54,714 nucleotides of DNA from Sediminibacterium ginsengisoli (GCA_943324415.2 CALPLN020000001.1:1-54714); one strand, 5' to 3'. Shown: positions 38,560 through 49,130, counted from the stretch's first letter. Translations and numbers: made by a program. Notes: generated by a model not told the origin, from the letters alone.

Positions 38560-39852
38560 TTAATTGACTCTTGGTGCCATTGAAAGCACACATCTAAATC
38601 CGATATAAGATTTTGCTGTGTCTTGGTATTCATAGTTGCGTGAACTCACTTGACAATTGTATGCGATGTCTTTCCAAGATCCACCTCTGATTACTTTTCT
38701 TTTCATCAACACAGGATCTGTGTCTTTGGCATTGTATTGCACATCTGGACTAAAGTCTCCAAAGAAATTATAGCTTCCTTCGTAAAATACGGAGCTTGTC
38801 CACTCGGCTACATTACCTGCCATGTCAAACAACCTGAAATCATTTTCAGTGTAGGCTTTCACTTTAGTAGTATAGATATTGTCGTTCTTCGCATCGCCAC
38901 CAAAATAATCCCCTCTTCCTGGTTTAAAATTGGCTAACAAGCGGCCTTCTTTTGTTCTTGTATAAGGAGAACCCCAAGGGTACATTGCATTTGATTTCGA
39001 ATTGCCTCTTGCAGCATATTCCCATTCAGCTTCTGTTGGCAATCGATAGATCCCGTCAATCTTTTGATCAGCTCTACCTGGCTTACCAGCATAATAATCG
39101 CTGTTATTTGTTCTCCAATGTGTGAACGCAACTGCTTGTTTCCAAGTCACACCCACCACAGGATATTCATTATAGGCAGCATGACTAAAATACAATCTAG
39201 TCAAAGGCTCATTGTAAGAATAAGAGAAATCACGCATCCAAACCAATGTGTCTGGATAAACAGGTTGATTCACGCTGATTAAATAATCTCCAAGTGATTG
39301 CTCTAGTCCCTTAGATGCTTTTGCTGCAGCTTTTAAATCAACAAAAGAATACTTGTAAATTAATTTATTGGGGTCTATTTCTATTCTACCCTGAATACGG
39401 TTATCGGGACTTAATAAAAGTTCATTTAACTTTTCCAAAACTGCTCTACTATTCTGATTGATTCTTGCCGCTCTAGCCCAATCCACACGAATAGTGTCTT
39501 CGTTTTGGTTGATACCTCCACCATAAATTGCTAAATACTTCAATGAATCGGCAACATACTTCACAAATCTTCTGTACTGTTCGTTGGTAACCTCCGTTCT
39601 ATCCATCCAGAAACTTTGGACAGATACTAATTTCTTACGGTTCACCATGGAAAGATCCATTTGCTCGTCACTTGCTCCCATGTAGAAAGATCCACTCGGG
39701 ATGGATACGGTCTGAGGATCTAAGCGTTTTGCACTGCTATTACGTTTACCCTTTTTTGGTGGCGCAAATGCAATCACAGCGAGTGATAAAATCAAAATGC
39801 TCAAGGCCGCAATGGGGAAATTGATCCTTCTATTTTTTAAAAATGGTATCAT
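38560..39852 (-). CDS. gldK: T9SS/gliding ring protein GldK/PorK (FGE-like fold), atypical N-terminus
   Basis: GSFYMG, TEVTN, YPDTLVW.RDFSYSYNEP, YPVVGV, RLPTEAEWEYAARG, DMAGNVAEW, RGGSWKD, IGFRCV; heads the gldKLMN cluster. Confidence 0.92.
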   Translation of the reverse strand: MIPFLKNRRINFPIAALSILILSLAVIAFAPPKKGKRNSSAKRLDPQTVSIPSGSFYMGASDEQMDLSMVNRKKLVSVQSFWMDRTEVTNEQYRRFVKYVADSLKYLAIYGGGINQNEDTIRVDWARAARINQNSRAVLEKLNELLLSPDNRIQGRIEIDPNKLIYKYSFVDLKAAAKASKGLEQSLGDYLISVNQPVYPDTLVWMRDFSYSYNEPLTRLYFSHAAYNEYPVVGVTWKQAVAFTHWRTNNSDYYAGKPGRADQKIDGIYRLPTEAEWEYAARGNSKSNAMYPWGSPYTRTKEGRLLANFKPGRGDYFGGDAKNDNIYTTKVKAYTENDFRLFDMAGNVAEWTSSVFYEGSYNFFGDFSPDVQYNAKDTDPVLMKRKVIRGGSWKDIAYNCQVSSRNYEYQDTAKSYIGFRCVLSMAPRVN

Positions 39853-39987
39853 ATTGGTTTAGAACGATTTTTTTTACAAAAAATTACATTTAAGGGGTAA
39901 AATTAACATATTGATTATATTCTAATTTTAGCTCTAAATGTGTTGATTTTCACTTGTTTTAGAACTTGCAAATTAAGACATTAGTTG

Positions 39988-42006
39988 TTAGATATTTGCT
40001 AAAATAAGGCCTAGGTCACCCGTTGGCTCGGAACAACTGTTGTTTTTACACATAAAATATTGATTATCAATATCTTTTTTGTCTTTTAAGAGTGGAATTT
40101 GGTCATCTTGAACTTGACTTGTTAGTCGTATGGTATGGGGCAAAAAGGGCTCCATCAAAGAAGGCAAGCTTTCATGAACTGTAGGCCCTACACCAACCAA
40201 TTCGATCATACCAGTTGCCATTTGGTAAAAACTTTGGGCCCAATAGCCAAAAGAGCCAGGATATTGGAGCAACGATTTTCGCATAGACTCCATCATGAGC
40301 TCGGCTTGCGAGGTCCATTTTGGTAAGTCAAAAACAAGCCCGAGATAATTTAAGCTTGAACATATAAGCGCATTACCACTTGGTTGTGCCCCATCATAAC
40401 TTTCTTTTTTTCGAATAATCACATCCTTCTGATAGGAGGCAGTATAGTAAAAATAGAGTCCCTCCTCGTCTATAAAATGCTCCAGCACATAGTCCATCCA
40501 TTTTTTGGCCTTGTGCAAATAACGCGCATCCCCGGTGATTTCCTGCAATTGAATATATGCCTGTATCAAATGGGCATAATCATCTAAAAAAGCCATCGCC
40601 TTTGGCGTTCCGTTTGCGATACTATGGTAAAAATAATGTTCACTAGTATGATACATATTTGCTTCCATCCATTGTATGCTTTCAATAGCTGCATCTTTAT
40701 AAAGTACATTTCCAGTAGCGGCATAAATTTTACTTAACCCAACAATACACATCGCATTCCAACCTACAATAACTTTATGATCCAATGCTGGACGAATCCT
40801 AATTGCACGAGCATCAAATAATTTTTTGATTTCATTTTGCCATGCAGGTGCCCATTCCGCTTCTATCTCATTTTGTGTCCAAAGGATATTGGTATGTTCC
40901 CAATTGCCCTCTGGCTTAACCTGATAATAGGCAATAAAAGCATCAAATAAAGCAGGGTCAATGATTGCCTGTAGTTCGGCATAAGACCAAGTATAAAACT
41001 TTCCTTCAACCCCCTCAGAGTCTGCATCTAAAGCAGCATAGTAACCACCTGCTCCATTGAATAATTCTCTTTGTAAAAAGTTAAAGGTTGCATGGATCAC
41101 ATTCAGGTAGATTGGCTTTTTTGTGATCTGATAAGCTTCGGCTAGAATCCCTAAAATCAAGGCATTGTCGTATAACATTTTTTCAAAATGGGGTGCCTGC
41201 CACATGGCATCTACGCTATATCTTGAAAATCCACCCCCCACATGATCATAGATTCCACCTTGAATCATTTTGTCAATCGATCTTATCGCATGCACGATGG
41301 ATGCTTGGTCTTTATTTTGAAAATAATTTCTAAACAAGACTTGTATGGAAAAAGTTTGTGGAAATTTTGGTGCCACTCCAAATCCGCCCCATTGCGTATC
41401 CGCATTTTGCAATAACCTCTGCGCAATCAATTGGAATTCATCATTGGTTGCTACTGCCTCAGTTGATTCAATTTGCTGTGCTTTAATATTTGTCTGTAAA
41501 AGGTGTTGCGTCAAATGCGTGGCTTGTTCCACTAATTTATCTCGATTGTTTTCAAAAGCAGCTTGTACCCCTTTTAACACCTCCATCCATGAAGCACGGC
41601 CTTGCATTGCGATTGGTGGGAAATAAGTACCTCCGTAAAAAGGCTGCCCATTGGGTAATAAAAAAATATTCAATGGCCAACCGCCAGATCCTGTCATCGC
41701 TTGGAGCGCATCCATATAAATATGGTCCACATCTGGACGTTCCTCCCGATCCACTTTAATATTGATGAAATGGGTATTCATGTAATCAGCCACTTGCTCA
41801 TCCTCAAAACTTTCGCGCTCCATTACATGACACCAATGACATGCAGCATAACCAATACTTAGTAAAATGGGCTTGTCAGCAGCCATTGCATTAAGCAATA
41901 AATCTTCCGACCATGGCTTCCATTGCACAGGATTGTGTGCATGTTGTAATAGATAAGGACTGGTCTCCTTGATTAAATCGTTGGTGAACTTTTTATTGGC
42001 ACTCAT
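39988..42006 (-). CDS. YyaL/SSP411 family thioredoxin-domain protein (DUF255)
   Basis: [44 protein letters not shown]. Confidence 0.93.
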   Translation of the reverse strand: MSANKKFTNDLIKETSPYLLQHAHNPVQWKPWSEDLLLNAMAADKPILLSIGYAACHWCHVMERESFEDEQVADYMNTHFINIKVDREERPDVDHIYMDALQAMTGSGGWPLNIFLLPNGQPFYGGTYFPPIAMQGRASWMEVLKGVQAAFENNRDKLVEQATHLTQHLLQTNIKAQQIESTEAVATNDEFQLIAQRLLQNADTQWGGFGVAPKFPQTFSIQVLFRNYFQNKDQASIVHAIRSIDKMIQGGIYDHVGGGFSRYSVDAMWQAPHFEKMLYDNALILGILAEAYQITKKPIYLNVIHATFNFLQRELFNGAGGYYAALDADSEGVEGKFYTWSYAELQAIIDPALFDAFIAYYQVKPEGNWEHTNILWTQNEIEAEWAPAWQNEIKKLFDARAIRIRPALDHKVIVGWNAMCIVGLSKIYAATGNVLYKDAAIESIQWMEANMYHTSEHYFYHSIANGTPKAMAFLDDYAHLIQAYIQLQEITGDARYLHKAKKWMDYVLEHFIDEEGLYFYYTASYQKDVIIRKKESYDGAQPSGNALICSSLNYLGLVFDLPKWTSQAELMMESMRKSLLQYPGSFGYWAQSFYQMATGMIELVGVGPTVHESLPSLMEPFLPHTIRLTSQVQDDQIPLLKDKKDIDNQYFMCKNNSCSEPTGDLGLILANI

Positions 42007-42022
42007 AAGAGTGCAATTTAGT

Positions 42023-42826
42023 TTATTTCTTTTTAGATACTTGTGCTAAAAACTGATCAAGGCCAGCAAACATACTAGACACTTGTGGACTTGGTACTTT
42101 AATTTGTAAGCTCAACCCCGCTTCTTCAATTGCCTTACAAGTGTTTGATCCGAACGCAGCTAAGGTTGTTCCGTTTTGCACAAATTCGGGTTGATTGTCA
42201 TATAGACTTTTTAAACCACTCGGTGTGAAAAGGCATATGATATCAAACTGGTGGTCTTGTAAGAGTGGCTTAATGTCACTACTTACAGATCGGTACATAT
42301 AAGCTAAGTCAAAAGTACAGGCATGGTCTTTTAACCAATTCACGATTTCGTTATCCTGTTGATTTTCGCTACATACATAAAGAAATTTTTCATTTGCTTT
42401 ATGCTTGTTCAATACATCAAACAGTTTTTTATTGGTTCCGTCAGCACCAAAAAATACTTTGCGCTTTCTGTACATGATAAATTTTTGCAAATACAAGGCA
42501 ACAGACTCCGTGATACAAAAATATTTTGTGTCTTGACTAATGTTGATCTTTAATTCATCGCAGGTTCTGAAAAAATGGTCTATGGCATTTTTACTTGTAA
42601 AAATAACAGCAGAATAAACAGGGATTTCAATTTTAGTTTTTCTGAATTCTTTTGCACCGATTGGCTCTAATTCAATAAAAGGTTTAAAAAACAAAGTCAC
42701 ATTGTACTTTCTTTCTAAATCAAAATAAGGTGATTTTTCACTTTCAGGCTTTGCTTGTGAAATTAGAATCTTTTTAATGGACTTAGTCGCAGCTGCCTTT
42801 TTTTCTCCACTCATTTCTTTTGCCAT
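42023..42826 (-). CDS. hemD: Uroporphyrinogen-III synthase family protein (Bacteroidota HemD-like)
   Basis: [39 protein letters not shown]. Confidence 0.8.
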   Translation of the reverse strand: MAKEMSGEKKAAATKSIKKILISQAKPESEKSPYFDLERKYNVTLFFKPFIELEPIGAKEFRKTKIEIPVYSAVIFTSKNAIDHFFRTCDELKINISQDTKYFCITESVALYLQKFIMYRKRKVFFGADGTNKKLFDVLNKHKANEKFLYVCSENQQDNEIVNWLKDHACTFDLAYMYRSVSSDIKPLLQDHQFDIICLFTPSGLKSLYDNQPEFVQNGTTLAAFGSNTCKAIEEAGLSLQIKVPSPQVSSMFAGLDQFLAQVSKKK

Positions 42827-42841
42827 TTTACGCTTTCTACT

Positions 42842-43876
42842 TTAGTAAGTTCCTCCAAAATATTGTACTATAAATTTATATAGAATCAACAATGGTAGTA
42901 TTTCGAAAGCACAAAGGTAAAGAAAAAAATGAAAGGAGGAGATATGTAATTTATTCCTAACAGATGTTAATGAAAACAGGTATCTGTAGAGTATTAAAAG
43001 GACCAATAACAAGCCTGCCCCACCAATTGCAAATGGATGTAAATAGGGCTTTGCAAAAGCCAAGATTAAAATAAAAGGAATCAGGAGTATGCCAAGTACT
43101 TTATTGATTAAAAAAACTACGAAAATATAGGTCTGGACAAGGTCTTTTGTGTTAAACACATAGCCCGCAATAGTTAAACAAATGTATTTTCCAATATACA
43201 ATCCTATGAAGAACAAACACATATACAAGTACCCTTCCCAAAAATTGATCGGCAATAGATGCCCATTGAAAATTATTAAAGTAGCCATCAAAGAAAAGCT
43301 CATTATAAAACTAATGTTCATGACTAAGGATGCGGTACTATTTTGCAAAAGCTGCTCCCTGTTTTGCATCATTCTTAAAGAGGACTGACTAAATTGACTG
43401 AAAAGTTTAGGAATGTATTGAGGGAAAATATTGATGATAAACCCATACAAAAGCAACAAGCCAATGATTGCATAAAAAAGTAAATCCTTATCGGGTAAAG
43501 AAAATTTTTGTTCTATTTTATACAACACATCCCCCGCATTTGCCAATGTTGCTTTTTGATTGTACAATTGATATGCATTCTTTTTTTGTGCATAGAAATT
43601 TCGATACAATTGCGTCAGATTAAAACTACTGTCTTTGGGATCTCTTGGAATCGATTGTAAATACCATGCATCTGCTTGAATAAATGTTTTTGGTATAATG
43701 GGCACATATTGTATCCACAATGTATCCTTCACCAATACACTATCTTGCACCATTGTGCTTGTGTCCATCGCTGCCAATCCGGTATCTTTTTGACTTACTT
43801 GCTTCACAAGGGTAAAGCTGGACAATATAAAAAGTCCAACGAAGGCAAAGGAGAATTTCTTTAGTTGAGCTAGCAT
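42842..43876 (-). CDS. DUF4271 membrane protein
   Basis: C-terminal FFLYLCAFEILP, multiple TM segments; TATTTTTG 6 nt before the ATG at 43876. Confidence 0.8.
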   Translation of the reverse strand: MLAQLKKFSFAFVGLFILSSFTLVKQVSQKDTGLAAMDTSTMVQDSVLVKDTLWIQYVPIIPKTFIQADAWYLQSIPRDPKDSSFNLTQLYRNFYAQKKNAYQLYNQKATLANAGDVLYKIEQKFSLPDKDLLFYAIIGLLLLYGFIINIFPQYIPKLFSQFSQSSLRMMQNREQLLQNSTASLVMNISFIMSFSLMATLIIFNGHLLPINFWEGYLYMCLFFIGLYIGKYICLTIAGYVFNTKDLVQTYIFVVFLINKVLGILLIPFILILAFAKPYLHPFAIGGAGLLLVLLILYRYLFSLTSVRNKLHISSFHFFLYLCAFEILPLLILYKFIVQYFGGTY

Positions 43877-43945
43877 CTGCTGCAAAAATAAGTATACTAA
43901 TGCAGAATTAAAGAACAATGCCTAGCTTTGTTGGTAATTCTACTT

Positions 43946-45088
43946 ATGGCAGGCATCTATCTTCATATCCCTTTCTGTAAAAAAGCTTGTCACTATTGTA
44001 ATTTTCACTTTTCTACACAGACAACACATATACAAGCATTCGTAGATGCACTCCTTCATGAAATTGAACTTCAGCAAGGCTATTTAAATGAACCCATTCA
44101 GACCATCTACTTTGGAGGTGGCACGCCCTCTTTACTCAATGAGTCACAATTAAAATCAATTGTAGATGCCATTAAAACACATTTTGAGGTAGCTGATACT
44201 ATTGAATGCACCTTAGAAGCCAATCCTGACGACATGAGCCCAAGCAAATTGGCGGCATGGAGACAATTAGGATTCAACCGATTAAGCATTGGTATTCAGA
44301 GTTTTCAAGCACCTGCATTGACTTGGATGAATAGAGCACATTCAGTTGAACAATCACATGCTGCAATTGTAATGGCAAAAGCTGCTGGTATCCACAATTT
44401 AAGTATCGACCTGATTTATGGTACGCCCACTTTAACGGATGAAGGATTGATGGCAGATTTAGACTGGATTAACCAATATGAAATCAATCATGTATCCTGC
44501 TATGCCCTAACCGTAGAGGATAAAACAGCTTTAAAAAAACTCATCGAAAAAGCGCAAATAGAAGATGTCGATCCGGAAAAACAGGCAAGACATTTTGAAA
44601 TAGTATCGTCAAGATTAGGAGCAATGGGCATGGAACATTATGAGATTTCAAATTTTGCAAAACCTGGTTTTAGAAGTCAGCACAATAGTCATTATTGGTC
44701 TGGCAAAGCCTATCTTGGATTGGGGCCCTCCGCTCATTCATTCAATACCATTTCTAGGCAATGGAACATTGCAAACAATGCCTTGTATGTGCAAAGCATT
44801 TTACTTGATCAATTGAATTTTGAAATCGAATACTTATCAGATGCTGACCGATACAATGAATACATGATGACTAGTCTTAGGCGTATGGAAGGATTTGATC
44901 TTGATTTAATTCAAGCAAAATTTGGAGACCGCTATTATCAACATAGCACTGAAATCTTAGAAGCCATGCGTCCTAAAAACTTTTTTCAACAAAATGGAAA
45001 TTGCTACACTTTAAATGCAAAAGCAAAATTCTTAGCAGATGGTATTGCCGCTGATTTCTTTATACTAGTATCTGCTCAATCTTCTTAA
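43946..45088 (+). CDS. hemW: Radical SAM heme chaperone HemW
   Basis: IYLHIPFCKKACHYCNF, YFGGGTPS, YEISNF, HNSHYW; TAGCTTTG at 43923-43930. Confidence 0.93.
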   Translation: MAGIYLHIPFCKKACHYCNFHFSTQTTHIQAFVDALLHEIELQQGYLNEPIQTIYFGGGTPSLLNESQLKSIVDAIKTHFEVADTIECTLEANPDDMSPSKLAAWRQLGFNRLSIGIQSFQAPALTWMNRAHSVEQSHAAIVMAKAAGIHNLSIDLIYGTPTLTDEGLMADLDWINQYEINHVSCYALTVEDKTALKKLIEKAQIEDVDPEKQARHFEIVSSRLGAMGMEHYEISNFAKPGFRSQHNSHYWSGKAYLGLGPSAHSFNTISRQWNIANNALYVQSILLDQLNFEIEYLSDADRYNEYMMTSLRRMEGFDLDLIQAKFGDRYYQHSTEILEAMRPKNFFQQNGNCYTLNAKAKFLADGIAADFFILVSAQSS

Positions 45089-46073
45089 AAGTGGCCCCTG
45101 GCTCTGCCCCTTCCCATAAAATTTGATACACTGCATCCATAATTGGCAGATTCACTTTCAAAGTTTGATTCATTGTATGAATACACTTGCTTGCATTGTA
45201 CCCCTCTGCAACCATGTTTAATTCAAGCTCTGCCGCTCTAACAGAATATCCCTTACCAATCATATTGCCAAAGGTTCTGTTTCTGCTATGCAAAGAATAG
45301 CAGGTGACTAATAAGTCGCCTAAATAAACTGATGCATTGTGGTTTATTGAACTACAATTTGTTCCTTCCTTATCTAAAATTTCTTTCAATAGGATTTGCA
45401 TTTCATTTGCACAATTCGCTATAAATACACTCAAAAAATTATCACCATACTCTAGTCCATGCGCAATACCCGCTCCCAAGGCATAGATGTTTTTTGCCAC
45501 ACCCGCATATTGAACACCCATGACGTCTTTATTGACAATGGTATTAATGTAATCTGATTTAAAATAACCCGCTATCCATGCTGTCTTAGCTTCGTCTACA
45601 CCTGAAAAAGTCAAATAGGACAACTGTTCAGAAGCGACTTCCTCTGCATGACTTGGACCTAACAAGGTAAAGTATTGTTCAATCTTGAATTTGAATTGTT
45701 GCGCTAACCATTGATTCAATAAAATATTGTGCTTAGGTAAAACCCCCTTTACTGCCGAAATGATCAATTTGTCTTTTAGGTCTTCTGCATCTAATGTAGA
45801 AAGCGTTGATTCAATATGAATAGATGGTACAGCAATAATTAAGATATCAGATTGCGCTACAACCCATTTGATATCAGTTGAGAACGCAATTTGTTGCACG
45901 TCGAAATAGGCATTTCTTAAATAATGACGATTGTGTTTCCTTTTTACAAAGTAATCGATATTGGCTTCTTGCCTCACCCACCAAGTAATTTGGTTACCAT
46001 TATCAGTAACAATCTTAGCAATAGCTGTAGCCCAACTACCACTACCAATAATACCAATTCGCTTATGTTCCAT
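45060..46073 (-). CDS. gpsA: NAD(P)H-dependent glycerol-3-phosphate dehydrogenase
   Basis: GSGSWATA, GPSHAEEV, KNIYA, GDLLVT, SRNR, VAEG. Confidence 0.96.
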   Translation of the reverse strand: MEHKRIGIIGSGSWATAIAKIVTDNGNQITWWVRQEANIDYFVKRKHNRHYLRNAYFDVQQIAFSTDIKWVVAQSDILIIAVPSIHIESTLSTLDAEDLKDKLIISAVKGVLPKHNILLNQWLAQQFKFKIEQYFTLLGPSHAEEVASEQLSYLTFSGVDEAKTAWIAGYFKSDYINTIVNKDVMGVQYAGVAKNIYALGAGIAHGLEYGDNFLSVFIANCANEMQILLKEILDKEGTNCSSINHNASVYLGDLLVTCYSLHSRNRTFGNMIGKGYSVRAAELELNMVAEGYNASKCIHTMNQTLKVNLPIMDAVYQILWEGAEPGATFKKIEQILV

Positions 46074-46095
46074 TTCACAAACATATGAAATTCAT

Positions 46096-46132
46096 AAAAA
46101 AAGGGGCGCATTTTTTATATGCGCCCCTTTTT
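46096..46132 (-). terminator. Intrinsic terminator after the efflux adaptor gene
   Basis: AAAAAGGGGCGCAT...ATGCGCCCCTTTTT inverted repeat. Confidence 0.88.
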
Positions 46133-46156
46133 AAGGAAGATTTTATACTATTGTCC

Positions 46157-47503
46157 TTATTTTTTCTCTTCGAATAATTTTTCCTTTGTCACTACTTTCA
46201 CTAATGAGCCATCTTTTAAAGTCTTGCTTACAATGCTGTAAGGACCAGTGATCACTTGATCTCCCACCTTTAATCCAGACACTTCTATAAAGATTAAGTC
46301 CTGAATGTCTGTCTTTACTTTAACCATTTTCACCTTATTGTCTTTTTGTAAAATAAAGACCACTTCATTTAATTCTTCTTCCTTTGTAGGCTCTTTTTCA
46401 GATCCGTTATTGGATTTGTTAGAGACTTTAGTGTCTTTTCCTTGACCTTCACTGTCTCTTGTTGTAACCGCATTCAAAGGCACAGAAATCACATTTACTT
46501 TAGACTTAGTTTGAATGTCTGCACTAGCAGTCATACCTGGTCTAAAAGGGAATATGGCATTCTCTTGAATCAAGTCTGCATAACTATCTGTCAATAAACG
46601 AATATGTACTTTATAGTTCGCTACTTCAGCTGCTGCACTAATGCCTGATGCTGCAGTGATTGGATTTGCAATCTTGTATACAATCCCTTTGAATTTTCTA
46701 TTATTATACGCATCTACTTCAACCAATGCCGTATCGCCTAATTTTACTTTAGTGATGTCGTTCTCTCCTACATCTACTCTTACTTCGATGCTCTTCATAT
46801 CTGCAACACGCATCATTTCGGTACCTGCCATTTGTGCAGTACCAACAACACGCTCTCCTTTCTTTACATTCATCAAACTAATGATGCCATCCATTGGAGA
46901 AACAATCGTTGTTCTAGCTAAGTCTTTTTCTGCTCTAGCTAATTGGGCTTTCACCCCTTGCACCTGCGCTTCACCACTTTTAATAGACTCCTTAGCTGCA
47001 TTGTAACTAGATTCTGCAGCACGGTACGTTTGTTCAACCTGCTCGTATTCTGCTCTTGATACAATCTTATCAGTAAATAATTTTTTGTAACGCTCGTAAG
47101 CAGCTTTTGCATTTTCGTACCCATTCTTTAACCCACTTAAGCTTGCTTTTACATTTTCATATTGCGCTTTCACTTGGTTCACAGATGCAGTAACTTGATC
47201 TCTTTGAGAAGAGTAGATATCTGCATAGATTTTCGCCAAAACTTGACCCTTTGTCACTTTTGCACCTTCTTCTACAAATAAGCTAACAATCTCTCCAGAA
47301 ATATCTGGGCTAACTTTTACTTCAATTTCAGGATACACTTTACCACTTGCATTTACAGACTCAGTGATGGTTCTTAGTTCCACTTTTTCAACCGTCACTT
47401 CTGTGCCTTGTTCTTTCCCAATGACGCCAGCTTTTTTTAGTCCTACTAGCAATACTACTAGTGCAACAAAAACTACGATACTCCAAATGATTTTCTTATT
47501 CAT
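46157..47503 (-). CDS. Efflux periplasmic adaptor (HlyD/MacA-like membrane fusion protein)
   Basis: N-terminal TM; ASGKVYP, SGEIV.L.VEEG..V.KGQ, coiled hairpin, SPMDG, RPGMTA. Confidence 0.92.
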   Translation of the reverse strand: MNKKIIWSIVVFVALVVLLVGLKKAGVIGKEQGTEVTVEKVELRTITESVNASGKVYPEIEVKVSPDISGEIVSLFVEEGAKVTKGQVLAKIYADIYSSQRDQVTASVNQVKAQYENVKASLSGLKNGYENAKAAYERYKKLFTDKIVSRAEYEQVEQTYRAAESSYNAAKESIKSGEAQVQGVKAQLARAEKDLARTTIVSPMDGIISLMNVKKGERVVGTAQMAGTEMMRVADMKSIEVRVDVGENDITKVKLGDTALVEVDAYNNRKFKGIVYKIANPITAASGISAAAEVANYKVHIRLLTDSYADLIQENAIFPFRPGMTASADIQTKSKVNVISVPLNAVTTRDSEGQGKDTKVSNKSNNGSEKEPTKEEELNEVVFILQKDNKVKMVKVKTDIQDLIFIEVSGLKVGDQVITGPYSIVSKTLKDGSLVKVVTKEKLFEEKK

Positions 47504-47532
47504 TTTATTTATTTTACGATGCGATTAAAAGA

Positions 47533-48993
47533 TTAAAGAGAAAGCGCTTCTCCTTTATAAAACTCAAGTAATTTAATTCTAAATACATACTCATACTGAG
47601 CTGACTTATAATTTACTTTAGCCTTTAAAAAATTATTTTGATTATTTAACAATTCTATCGTTCCCAACAAACCCAATTCATAACGTTTTGTTGCAAAGCT
47701 ATACGCCTTCTCTGCAGAGCTAACCGCCTTTTGAGTGGCATTCAACTTATTGAACGCGACTACCGCATTGGTATATGCAGCATAAATATCCTGCTTCAAT
47801 TTTCTTTGCGCATTTTCTTGTTGTAAACTAACAGATTGGTAATTTAACTTAGACTGCTGATACGCTGTTTTAGATTGATTGGCATTGAAAATTGGAATAG
47901 ACAATTGGAATCCGAAATTCTGTCCAAAGTTATTGTCCAACTGCTTTCCCCATCCCTTCCAGATATTGCTGAAATCTCTATTACTTGTAATGGTATTGTA
48001 TAAAGGACTTTGTACATAATACTTAGCAGCTCCAACAGTCACAAATGGGCTTGTTGGTGAAATATTGCTAAATCCAGCAGACTCAACTCCACTGATGTAC
48101 TTGAATGAATTGGAAAAATTCGAACTCAATGAATAACCAAAACTTAATGTTGGATAAAAACCCGCTTTAGCGACAAGACGATTTTTTTCTGCTGCTTTTA
48201 AACGAAGATTGGCCGCTTTGATATTCGGTAAATTTTGCTCTGCAACACCAAATACATAATCTGGTTGCAAGTCTGCAAAACCTTGTAATTTAATTTTATC
48301 TACTGGTTGTACATAGACCTCAAATGATTCTGCTGCATCTAAATTCAACAATGCTTTTAAACTTAATTTGCTTTGTTCCACATTGGAGATGGCAGTAATA
48401 TAATTACTACTATCATTTGCCAATTGCGTTTCTAATTCTAATAAGTTAATCTCTGGCAACAAGCCCACTTCTACACGTTTTTTTGTAGCAGCAAGTTGCT
48501 CTGTAGTTTGTGTAATTTGAATTTTAGCTATTTCAGATTGTTCGATAGTAGACAATACCTGCAAATAAAAGGTAGCCACATTCAATGAAATGTCATTAGA
48601 CGCAGTTTGAAGATCAGCGATACTAGCTAACCAACTATAATTGCTTGCAGCAGCTGAATTTCCTAATCTGTTGTTGTTATACAACTGAACCCCACCGTTT
48701 ACACCAAAATTATTATACAAAAATTGTGTAGTGGTGAAAGCGTTCGTCACAGGGTCAATAGAACGTCCTAAACGCATCCCCAAGCCAGAAGAACCACTCA
48801 TTGTAGGCAACTGATTGTTTTTGGCCTGATCTGCTTGTAGTTTAGCCAATCTTGCTTGAATATCTGCTTGTTGAACCGAGATATTGTGCTTGACAGCATA
48901 CTCTACACAGGTTCTAAGATCCCATTGCTTTGGATTTTGAGCCTTCAACGACATCGTGAACACAAGAAAAATAAAAGAAAAAATGTATTTCAT
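47533..48993 (-). CDS. TolC family outer membrane efflux protein
   Basis: Signal peptide; CVEYAVKHN, FYPTLS, LSIPIFN, RYELG. Confidence 0.9.
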   Translation of the reverse strand: MKYIFSFIFLVFTMSLKAQNPKQWDLRTCVEYAVKHNISVQQADIQARLAKLQADQAKNNQLPTMSGSSGLGMRLGRSIDPVTNAFTTTQFLYNNFGVNGGVQLYNNNRLGNSAAASNYSWLASIADLQTASNDISLNVATFYLQVLSTIEQSEIAKIQITQTTEQLAATKKRVEVGLLPEINLLELETQLANDSSNYITAISNVEQSKLSLKALLNLDAAESFEVYVQPVDKIKLQGFADLQPDYVFGVAEQNLPNIKAANLRLKAAEKNRLVAKAGFYPTLSFGYSLSSNFSNSFKYISGVESAGFSNISPTSPFVTVGAAKYYVQSPLYNTITSNRDFSNIWKGWGKQLDNNFGQNFGFQLSIPIFNANQSKTAYQQSKLNYQSVSLQQENAQRKLKQDIYAAYTNAVVAFNKLNATQKAVSSAEKAYSFATKRYELGLLGTIELLNNQNNFLKAKVNYKSAQYEYVFRIKLLEFYKGEALSL

Positions 48994-49055
48994 TGTTGGT
49001 ATTGATAATTATAAATTCCTATTATACAATACAAAAGTAATGCAATCGGAAAGAG

Positions 49056-49074
49056 TTGTCTAATTTTTAGACAA
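49056..49074. promoter_or_regulatory. Perfect 8-3-8 inverted repeat (candidate operator) upstream of the TolC gene
   Basis: TTGTCTAA-TTT-TTAGACAA; -7 element TACTTTTG on the minus strand at 49032-49039. Confidence 0.5.
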
Positions 49075-49130
49075 ACGGACTTCAAATTGGCTGAACAGCT
49101 ATGGGTGGGTATAAAAGGCTAAGGACTTGA

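Noticed and set aside
38560-39852. Calling this gene a formylglycine-generating enzyme or a DGR-type target
   Set aside because: GldK-specific motifs and the gldLMN context explain the fold; no reverse transcriptase or template repeat is seen.
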